From IMG/VR virus record IMGVR_UViG_3300025015_000089, positions 1 to 33,252 of that record: a stretch of DNA of 33,252 nucleotides. The stretch is one strand, 5' to 3'. The notes under the pieces are model-generated. The model saw only the letters and a list, made by a program, of their open reading frames with translations, was not told the DNA's origin and did not search any database. Source of the DNA: a virus (taxonomy: Duplodnaviria; Caudoviricetes). Of the stretch, positions 25,406-33,252 are shown one piece after another; position 1 is the stretch's first letter, and each line of letters opens with the position of its first letter. Both the position numbers and the translations under genes were made by a program.

Positions 25406-27376
25406 ATGTCAAAAATCAAAAAAAATACATATAAAACTGGTACATACCGAGATTACTTAGATTTTAATAAATCTTCTAAATTTTGGCTGGGTACTGATAC
25501 TTATAATAATCTTCAAAGACATTATAATGGCACTAAAAATATAAATTTAGAAGAGCTCTTGAGTAAGGTCAAAATTCTTCATACTATATCTAATTTTATA
25601 AAAATAATTTCAAATAAAACTAATATTGAAGTTAATTATGAAGGTGCACAATCATCAACGGATGGTAAAAAAATTACAATATCTGCAAATGTAAAAGATT
25701 TTGATTTTGTATGTGGTCAAGCAATGCACGAAGCTGGTCATCTTTTATATAGTCAAAAGTTATTAGCTTGGTTAGAGGAATTTGTAAACAAATACGTATG
25801 TGGCTGGAAAACATCGTTCCCTGCAATTCCAGTTGATACCCTAATTAATTCAATTTTTGATCGGTTTGAAACTAGACAACTTAACAATAGAACGGCTAAT
25901 TCTATGTTAAAAACTTTTATAATATTTAAGGATATTCTTAACTTTGTAGAAGATAGAAGAATCGATTCTTTAGTTATATCAAAATATCCTGGTTACAAAG
26001 GTTATTATGATACAATTACAGTTGAGGGTTTATGGAACCCAAACATAAAAGCTGAACTTTTAAAGTTAAAAGGACAAGAGACGTGGGGAGGATATATTAG
26101 TCATCTATTTTCTTTATTGGACGAAAATCCTGATCTGGACGCTCTAAAAGGTTTAAGAAAGATATCTAATATTTTAGATATTAAAAACATTAATAATGTT
26201 ACAAATGTAAATAAAGTTTTGGCAATTGCAGTTGCAATCTTTAAAGAAATTGAGAAAAATGTAGAAGAAGATAAAACTAAATCTGAATCTACTAAAGATG
26301 AAGATACTAATAGATATGATGAAAAAAATGACCCAAATATAGTTGACAAAGAACTTAGTAAAAATATTAAAAAAGCAATTAATATTATAAATGGTGAATC
26401 AAAAAAAGAGAAACTCACATTTGAGGAACAAAGTGTTTATCAACTATTAAATAATAAAACTGGTGACTATTATTTGAGAAGTATTTCGGCTCTGGGTAAA
26501 AAGTTTGAGGTAGTAGTTATTGAAAGAATGACCGAAAATATTAAAAATATTTTTCCTGGTGTTTTTGTTGATTTATTTGAACTTAAAAGCACTAACTCAA
26601 ACAGAAAGGCAATTGAATCTGGAATAAATAAAGGCAAATCGTTAGCTAATAAATTAATGTTAACAAACGATGACAAAATGGGTTACACGCCTCGTAAAAA
26701 ATCAGGTTATATTGATACTCGAATTTTATCAGAAATTCCCTCTGGAAATGTAAAAATCTTTAAAAGAAAATTCGTAGATATTCAAGAAAAAACTTACTTG
26801 CATATAACTTTAGATAGTTCAGGTTCAATGTTTGGAAGCAAATGGTGCAATGCACTCGAAATGGCTGCAATGTTTGCTTCAGCATCAAAATTATTAAAAA
26901 ACTTAGAAGTTGAAATTACTTGTAGATCTACAATGAGTTTACCTATTATATTTAATAGAACAATTTACATTCTTAAAATGTTCGATTCTGCAATTCATGA
27001 TCTAGCATATTTAAGAAAGTGGTGGCCAATCATAAAAGTAAATGGCTATACTCCTGAAGGTTTAGCCTTTGACACAACAGCAGACATTATTAAAAAACGA
27101 GCAAAAGACAAAAACAAACTTTTTGTGAACATAAGTGATGGTTGTCCTGGTTGTGATGGTTATAGTGGAAATGAAGCAATTGATCATACTAAAAAAGTTA
27201 TAGATGGTTTAAGACAAGATGGTTTTATTATTTGTTCATATTTAATAGATGTATTTTCAAGTTCAAGTGTAAAAGTCCAATTTGAAAGAATGTATGGGAA
27301 GAAAGATAGTCATAAAGTTACTCAAGTGGATCCATTAAAAATTGCACATACAATTAATCCATATTTAATAATGTAG
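25406..27376 (+). CDS. Metallopeptidase-like N-domain plus vWA domain protein (CobT-like AAA partner)
   Basis: HEAGH, NFVEDRRID, MIDAS DSSGS, TPEG and ISDG motifs. Confidence 0.85.
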   Translation: MSKIKKNTYKTGTYRDYLDFNKSSKFWLGTDTYNNLQRHYNGTKNINLEELLSKVKILHTISNFIKIISNKTNIEVNYEGAQSSTDGKKITISANVKDFDFVCGQAMHEAGHLLYSQKLLAWLEEFVNKYVCGWKTSFPAIPVDTLINSIFDRFETRQLNNRTANSMLKTFIIFKDILNFVEDRRIDSLVISKYPGYKGYYDTITVEGLWNPNIKAELLKLKGQETWGGYISHLFSLLDENPDLDALKGLRKISNILDIKNINNVTNVNKVLAIAVAIFKEIEKNVEEDKTKSESTKDEDTNRYDEKNDPNIVDKELSKNIKKAINIINGESKKEKLTFEEQSVYQLLNNKTGDYYLRSISALGKKFEVVVIERMTENIKNIFPGVFVDLFELKSTNSNRKAIESGINKGKSLANKLMLTNDDKMGYTPRKKSGYIDTRILSEIPSGNVKIFKRKFVDIQEKTYLHITLDSSGSMFGSKWCNALEMAAMFASASKLLKNLEVEITCRSTMSLPIIFNRTIYILKMFDSAIHDLAYLRKWWPIIKVNGYTPEGLAFDTTADIIKKRAKDKNKLFVNISDGCPGCDGYSGNEAIDHTKKVIDGLRQDGFIICSYLIDVFSSSSVKVQFERMYGKKDSHKVTQVDPLKIAHTINPYLIM

Positions 27377-27591
27377 GAGTTATTATAGTTAAAATTAGAA
27401 AACAGATAAAAATGTGTCATATTGGAAATGGACTGCATATTTAGGTAAAATTAATGCAACCGGACACAGTGAAACTACTGTAGAGTTACATCTATTAAGA
27501 GAGTTGGTTTATGGTGATGAAAATAAAGAGTCGATAATAGTTAAGTCTATATCTGAGTAAGTGTATACAAAAATAGGCATTTTAAAATTTA

Positions 27592-27642
27592 TTAAATGTG
27601 GGAATTCTATGTACTTTCATGTTAAAATTTTGTATATTTACT
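27592..27642 (+). promoter_or_regulatory. 51-bp promoter block, copy 2
   Basis: Identical to 25346-25396. Confidence 0.8.
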
Positions 27643-27681
27643 ATGTAATTAAATTTAACAAATCAAATAATTAAGGTTAAT

Positions 27682-29151
27682 ATGTCGGCAAACATGAGTA
27701 CTCATGATTTAGTTTATTGGGTCGATCCATTATTAAAAGATGCCATAAATATTGAAACCGGTATCGTTTCTAATCACAGTCGGCAGGATGCTACAAGTCC
27801 AAGATGGAATTTAAGATATAAAGCTGTTAAGAATGGTTGGTGGATTAGAGCTACCATGTTCAAAAAAGGAAAATCAATTGGTAAAATAACTCATAGATTT
27901 ATAAAAGATACTCTTACATTAGAAAGAATTCTAGATAAGACATATGTTGATGCATATGATTTACCATATAAGTTACGTAAAAAATATCATGATTGTTTTC
28001 CTTCAAAACTTGGAATGACTGAGATTGAGAATCGAATTACAAGCTATATGATATTGCCACATCCTTTACCAAGTGTACAATTTGTAGATCCAGTTGTTTC
28101 AGAATCTGAAAAACCTAAGAGTTGGGGTACCAGAGATTTTACTCAAGAAAATAAGTTTGGTTCAAAATCAACAAAAGAACTTTTAGTTCCAAACAATTTT
28201 CCAACTAACGTTCCAGATGAAAATTCTTCGGAGGAAGACTTAATTAAGTTTATTTCCAAATCATATAAATATAAAGCTCCATTCTTTAAAATATCTGAGC
28301 TTAAGTGGAAAATTTTAGTAAGATCTGTTTTGAGGGGTCAAAACACAATTATTACTGGTGATAAGGGTTCCGGAAAAACGATAGCAGCATTTGCAATTGC
28401 AAACTCTTTGAGCCGAAGAATTGAAGTTTTTAATTTTGGTAACATGCAAGATGCACAAACTGCTCTTATTGGAAAGACATTTTTTGATACTACAAAGGGT
28501 ACATATTTCTCAAAATCTCCATTTGTAGACGCAATCACTACTCCAAACACAATAATTCTTTTAGATGAGTTTTCTAGATCAAGTGATGATGGTTATAACA
28601 TTATGTTTCCAGTTCTTGATTTAAATCAAAGATGTTTACGTCTAACCGATGAAGTTAATTCTCCAAAAGTTAAAGTAGCTCCAGGAGTATGTTTTATTGC
28701 AACTGCAAATATTGGTAGAGGCTATTCAGCAACACGCCACATTGATGATGCAATTATGGATAGATTCACTACAAAAATTGAGGTTGATAGATTGAGTGTA
28801 GATGAAAGAGTTTCAATTATTAGAACTGTATTTCCAGTTCTTACGGTTGAAGTTTCAGAATTGATTTCAAAGATAGTTGACAAACTTAATGACTTTGTTT
28901 ATGGTAATGCTGGTTCGGATGCACGAGATCTTCCAAAACCAATCTCAACTAGAGCCATTATTGAATTAGCTTCTCTTGTATATGACGGTTTCAGTGTTGA
29001 AGATGCAATTGATTCTGTTATCGTCCCTGAATATTCAACAGAAGGTGGAGTTGAAAGTGATAGAACATTCGTTAAACAAACTATTCAAGGTTTTATTAAT
29101 CAAGATAATAAAAACATAATTAAAATTTACGAATCACAAATTTTAGAATAA
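27682..29151 (+). CDS. MoxR/CbbQ/CobS-like AAA+ ATPase with long N-terminal extension
   Basis: Walker A GDKGSGKT, Walker B ILLDE, ATAN and DRF motifs. Confidence 0.9.
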   Translation: MSANMSTHDLVYWVDPLLKDAINIETGIVSNHSRQDATSPRWNLRYKAVKNGWWIRATMFKKGKSIGKITHRFIKDTLTLERILDKTYVDAYDLPYKLRKKYHDCFPSKLGMTEIENRITSYMILPHPLPSVQFVDPVVSESEKPKSWGTRDFTQENKFGSKSTKELLVPNNFPTNVPDENSSEEDLIKFISKSYKYKAPFFKISELKWKILVRSVLRGQNTIITGDKGSGKTIAAFAIANSLSRRIEVFNFGNMQDAQTALIGKTFFDTTKGTYFSKSPFVDAITTPNTIILLDEFSRSSDDGYNIMFPVLDLNQRCLRLTDEVNSPKVKVAPGVCFIATANIGRGYSATRHIDDAIMDRFTTKIEVDRLSVDERVSIIRTVFPVLTVEVSELISKIVDKLNDFVYGNAGSDARDLPKPISTRAIIELASLVYDGFSVEDAIDSVIVPEYSTEGGVESDRTFVKQTIQGFINQDNKNIIKIYESQILE

Positions 29152-29173
29152 TTGTTATAAATAGAGAGGTAAT

Positions 29174-29416
29174 GTGAGAAACAAACAAGATTCCCCAACA
29201 CAGAAATATATAGATGCTATAGCAGCACAAATCGAAAAAATGGATCATTATGAAATGTGCATAGCGTGGAGATTCTCACCTAGTGGTGACTATCGTTTTA
29301 GAAAAGATTTAATCACATCCTCAGGTAAAAATTTAGGTGATATATTTCATGATAGATTATTTAAACATTTTAGTGGATTTACAGTAGAGATCTCAAAAGC
29401 TATAAGTTGGCACTAA
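29174..29416 (+). CDS. Conserved small phage protein
   Basis: GAGG RBS; WRFSPSG...FTVEISKAISW. Confidence 0.7.
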   Translation: MRNKQDSPTQKYIDAIAAQIEKMDHYEMCIAWRFSPSGDYRFRKDLITSSGKNLGDIFHDRLFKHFSGFTVEISKAISWH

Positions 29417-29622
29417 TGATCAATTGTTATATTCCTTTAATAATTATAAGCTTAATAGTAATAGTTCTTTCAGGAACACTGCTTAAGTATCAGAAACGAT
29501 TTTCTGAGCTTAGAAGACACACCTGGATGATAAAATTTATATTAGATAATAGTTTTAATGAGATTATTACTATAAGTAATGAAATTGATAAAATGTTAGA
29601 AATTTTTGAGGAGAAAAAGTAA
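29416..29622 (+). CDS. Small membrane-anchored protein
   Basis: TAATG overlap with upstream stop; N-terminal TM helix. Confidence 0.55.
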   Translation: MINCYIPLIIISLIVIVLSGTLLKYQKRFSELRRHTWMIKFILDNSFNEIITISNEIDKMLEIFEEKK

Positions 29623-29672
29623 TATATACGAGTCATATTATAAATGTTGAATTAGTTCTTGGTCATATAGTA

Positions 29673-29861
29673 ATGGTTACCACAAAATGTCCATTTTGTG
29701 GTAAAATTAGATCTGATGAATTTCCTGAATTTGGTTATAATAGCTATATTACAGGAGAAAATATTCAAAATGCAATGCCAGATGTATCTGTAGATCTTAG
29801 AGAAATTATCATTTCTGGTATATGTCCGAAATGTTGGGATGACACGTTTAAAGAGGAATAA
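29673..29861 (+). CDS. Small zinc-finger phage protein
   Basis: CPFCG...IQNAMP...RE.IISGICPKCWD. Confidence 0.8.
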   Translation: MVTTKCPFCGKIRSDEFPEFGYNSYITGENIQNAMPDVSVDLREIIISGICPKCWDDTFKEE

Positions 29862-29865
29862 AAAT

Positions 29866-29893
29866 GAGAATTTCTCTACTAAGAGAAATTCTT
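29866..29893. repeat. Dispersed hairpin repeat, copy 2 (extended stem)
   Basis: GAGAATTTCTCT-ACTA-AGAGAAATTCTT. Confidence 0.85.
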
Positions 29894-30385
29894 AAGGTAC
29901 CCTTTAAAAATAATAGTACTATTAAGGTTACTAAATAGAAATCAAAACACTATATATAAATAAAAGAAAGTTTAGTGGTTATGACCTGGACAATGAAAGA
30001 AGCTTATGAGGCTCTTAAAGATGAGGGGAGCGAAATAATATTTGAGAGAGACTGGCGAGAAAACAAAGACGAAGCAATGATTGGCAAATTTAATTAAAAC
30101 AAGATACATAAAAAGAAACGCAACACTGCCTGGGTTTATTGAGTGGTTAGATAAAAAATATCCAAAGCAAGAATTTGAGTTTTGGAAAAGCAGAAGTCTA
30201 CACTAATTATTAAATTGAAAATAAGTAAAGGAAGATTTTTATGGAAATTAATATTAAATTTTTAATATACTGCATTGTAATAATTGCAATTGTATTTCTA
30301 ATGGTACATATTAGTGAGTGGTGGGTATTTTTTATATATGATATTAATTGTAAATCTTAGAAAATTTATAATAAAAGATTAAATT

Positions 30386-31135
30386 ATGTATGATGTTAAA
30401 CATGACTATATATTCACCACAAACCAGAAGGATTTAAATGTAAGATCTATTGGCCCTTTCTGGCAAAAGCTATGTATGCTATTAGAATATAATGTTGGGG
30501 ACTGTCCTAAGGTAATATTCACATCTGATAATTCTATTTGGTCTAAATATGCAGGCGTTGAAAAGCATAGGGACACAAGTGCATTTTATGATGAAAATAA
30601 AAAAGCAATTGTATTTTGGGCAGATCATTATTATATTGATTCTAAATACTTTGATGGAAGAGATGTAATTTCCAAACAGGCTTATGAGTTTGCAAATGAA
30701 TATAATTACAATTATATTATACCAATTAATTATATATACCATGAAATGATTCATCACATTCAGTTTATTTTAGGTGATTGGTTATATGATGATTTATTAG
30801 AAGCAACTGCAGAAATATTTACATACTTTTTGACTAATCAGGAATTTGATGATTATGTTGAGGAAAAAGTTTCATTTTGGTATGTAGGTAGAAAGATATT
30901 AAAATTAAAGCCATGGGAATTCTTTATATTTATTAGAGATTCTATTGTAGACAATATGTTCTATAAAGAATATTTTTATGATGATCCAAAGGTAGTGAGG
31001 TTATTAGCAGATGAGTACTCAGGTTCTATTGAGAAATTATTTTATAATATGAAGACCAAACTAGGTAAGAAAAAACACTATAGCATTATGAAACGAGACC
31101 TTAGAAAGATTTATAAACACATTTTTTATCAATAA
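30386..31135 (+). CDS. Zincin-like metallopeptidase
   Basis: HEMIH (HExxH) and downstream EATAE. Confidence 0.7.
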   Translation: MYDVKHDYIFTTNQKDLNVRSIGPFWQKLCMLLEYNVGDCPKVIFTSDNSIWSKYAGVEKHRDTSAFYDENKKAIVFWADHYYIDSKYFDGRDVISKQAYEFANEYNYNYIIPINYIYHEMIHHIQFILGDWLYDDLLEATAEIFTYFLTNQEFDDYVEEKVSFWYVGRKILKLKPWEFFIFIRDSIVDNMFYKEYFYDDPKVVRLLADEYSGSIEKLFYNMKTKLGKKKHYSIMKRDLRKIYKHIFYQ

Positions 31136-31255
31136 AAAGGATTACTCCCTATATATATTTATAACAAACTCTGTTTGCCTAAGGTATTAACAATACCTAT
31201 AATAAAATAGTTGGTAAGCAGTATTATATTTCACAAATATATAAGGAGAAGAACC

Positions 31256-32035
31256 ATGTCACAGTTAAATACAAACAAATCAACATTTTCATCCTTTTTT
31301 CCAGATGTATATATCGCAACTGAAAAGGGTATCACAAAAAACAGGTTAAAAATATATCCTAACAACCAGTTATTTATAGATAATAATACAGAATTTCAAT
31401 TAGAGTTTGAAAACTATAGTTCAAAAACTTTCAAGGCTTTAATTAAATTAAATAATATCTTAATATCAAATTCTGGGTTAGTACTTAGACCTGGTGAACA
31501 TGTATACTTAGAAAGATATTTAGATATTGATAAAAAATTTTTATTTACTACTTATGAAGTAGATTCAAACTCATTTGCTTTAAAGGCAATAGAACATAAT
31601 GGAGAAGTAGAAATAGAATTTTATCAAGAAGTGGTACCAATGACCACCTGGTCAACATCATTTGTTCCACAAAATCCACCTATACCCTATATTGATGATT
31701 ATCCATATTGGAGATGGGAAACTCCACAATATACTTTATCTGGAGGTTATTCGGTACCGAAGAACAACATTATTAGACCCTGTATGAACATTCAAGAATC
31801 AAATTTTAATAAAATAGAAACAGGAAGAATAGAGCAAGGATCTAATTCAGGTCAAAATTTTAATCAAGTTGATATGAATTTCCAATTATTTGCTTCAAAG
31901 ATAGTTAAATATAAAATTTTACCTTTAAGTCAACTTAAGATAGAAAAAGTCAGACAATATTGTACTGGATGTGGGTATCGAATTAGAGAAGATTCATGGA
32001 AATGGTGTCCTAAGTGTGGAACTACACTGCATTAA
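31256..32035 (+). CDS. Conserved phage protein with C-terminal zinc ribbon
   Basis: AAGGAG RBS; VLRPGE...LERY, ETGRIEQG, CTGCG...CPKCG. Confidence 0.75.
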   Translation: MSQLNTNKSTFSSFFPDVYIATEKGITKNRLKIYPNNQLFIDNNTEFQLEFENYSSKTFKALIKLNNILISNSGLVLRPGEHVYLERYLDIDKKFLFTTYEVDSNSFALKAIEHNGEVEIEFYQEVVPMTTWSTSFVPQNPPIPYIDDYPYWRWETPQYTLSGGYSVPKNNIIRPCMNIQESNFNKIETGRIEQGSNSGQNFNQVDMNFQLFASKIVKYKILPLSQLKIEKVRQYCTGCGYRIREDSWKWCPKCGTTLH

Positions 32036-32078
32036 AATATTAAAATAAAAAGTTATTAACTACAAATAAGGAGTTACA

Positions 32079-32549
32079 GTGGATTACTTAATATATTTAG
32101 GTGGGGGGATTAAAGGATTATCCTATGATGAGGCAACTAAGTGGAGAGAAATATTTATAGATAAATATAAAGAAGCATCAACTTCATATACTAGATTTAT
32201 AGGCTTAAGTCCACTTCGGGGAAAAGAGTTTTTAAGTGGCATAAACAAACTTAAGGATGCCCATGGGGAACATATATTAGCATCAGAAAAAGTCATAACA
32301 GAAAGAGATTTTAATGATGTTAAACGGTCAGATCTTATTATAATGAATTTTCTGAAAGCTACTTCTATATCTAGAGGAAGCTTATTAGAAATTGGAGCAG
32401 CAAAAGTTTTAAATATACCTTTAATAACTGTAATGGAAGAAGATAATATTCATCAACATTCTATGGTCAGAGAAAGTTCAATAATTGTTTGTGACGATAT
32501 AGATGATGCCTTCGACTATTCTTTACAAATCTTGGGTACCACTAAATAA
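32079..32549 (+). CDS. Nucleoside 2-deoxyribosyltransferase family protein
   Basis: IYLGGGI, RDFNDVKRSD and GSLLEIG motifs. Confidence 0.8.
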   Translation: MDYLIYLGGGIKGLSYDEATKWREIFIDKYKEASTSYTRFIGLSPLRGKEFLSGINKLKDAHGEHILASEKVITERDFNDVKRSDLIIMNFLKATSISRGSLLEIGAAKVLNIPLITVMEEDNIHQHSMVRESSIIVCDDIDDAFDYSLQILGTTK

Positions 32550-32589
32550 ATTAATAAAATTAGACTAGAGGTTACATATTACATATTAC

Positions 32590-32913
32590 ATGTCACGTCC
32601 AATATACCAAATTGCAGAAGAAATTAAAAAGGATGACCCCTTCATGGGTTCTGGAACAACCGCACTGGCATGCTTATTAAGTAACAGAAATTTTATAGGA
32701 TATGAATTAGATAAGGTTAACTTTGAAATAGCAGAGAGACGAATTAAAGAGTTCGATATTAAAAAATTTCCAGGATATAACTATGAGACAGATGTCAAGT
32801 TGGTTGGAGATATTAACAATGGTAAAATTAAAAACAAGAAAGATGTAGCTCATATTACTAATAATGTTGCATTTAACTCACCAAATGATAAAGTAAACCA
32901 TAAATTCTTTTAA
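32590..32913 (+). pseudogene. Chimeric ORF with a truncated N4/N6 DNA methyltransferase C-terminus
   Basis: DPFMGSGTT...RNFIGYELD present, catalytic (D/S)PPY half absent; unrelated 15-aa N-terminus. Confidence 0.75.
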
Positions 32914-32955
32914 AAAATAAAAAACTTCATATTTATATAAATAAAGGACACATAT

Positions 32956-33141
32956 ATGAGATACAAAAACAAAGTTACAGAATATGTAAGCAATATCACT
33001 AACATGCTACAATTAATTAAAAGAGGATTACAAGGAAACAAAATAACAGCAGCAGAGGTGGTGGCTAATTTAAATAGTATACTTGCTACACTAGACGATG
33101 TTTCGAATCTTTTGGACAAAGAAATCGAGAGCCTAAACTAG
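32956..33141 (+). CDS. Small helical hypothetical protein
   Basis: AAGGA RBS after a TATTTATATAAATA motif. Confidence 0.6.
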   Translation: MRYKNKVTEYVSNITNMLQLIKRGLQGNKITAAEVVANLNSILATLDDVSNLLDKEIESLN

Positions 33142-33160
33142 AATTAATTGGAGAAAATTA

Positions 33161-33252
33161 TTGGCATTCGAATTTAAACCGTTCCTATTTTTCACCATAA
33201 TATCAGCAATTGTGATTGCAAGTATAGCGGCATTATTTTCAGTGACTGGCAT
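33161..33252 (+). CDS. Membrane protein, N-terminal part (runs off the window)
   Basis: GGAG RBS, TTG start, hydrophobic IASIAALFSVTG. Confidence 0.55.
   Translation, partial: MAFEFKPFLFFTIISAIVIASIAALFSVTG

Noticed and set aside
84-33119. All minus-strand ORFs in the track
   Set aside because: They shadow plus-strand genes or repeats and show no recognisable motifs

Overview
This is an AT-rich segment with all supported genes on the + strand, most consistent with a large (jumbo-type) bacteriophage genome. It carries eight free-standing homing-endonuclease-like genes (GIY-YIG, PD-(D/E)XK/NUMOD3, HNH), several with single lesions, and three tRNAs (atypical Met-CAU, Gln-CUG, Arg-CCU). Other genes include an ATP-dependent DNA ligase split in two by an endonuclease gene, an RNase H-like (YkuK) protein, a DEDD exonuclease, Hsp20, heptose pathway genes (hddA, gmhA), an FkbM-like methyltransferase, a metallopeptidase-vWA/AAA+ pair, a nucleoside deoxyribosyltransferase and many small hypotheticals. 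Sigma70-like promoters (TTGACT/TGTACT-N17-TATATT) and a second CTATATTTAT motif recur. The main observations are: (1) an integron-like array of two gene cassettes bounded by attC-like sites (22589-23580), with genes inverted relative to the attC and one ORF starting inside its own attC, downstream of a triple tandem promoter; (2) a ligase fractured inside its adenylation domain, with both halves carrying about 30-aa extra peptides and no visible intron or intein core; (3) two unannotated paralogous ribbon-helix-helix mini-genes coupled to unrelated endonucleases; (4) a pseudoknotted candidate ncRNA; (5) apparent ATT/ACG starts together with an atypical initiator-like tRNA. All family calls are from motif recognition by eye; no database searches were run.
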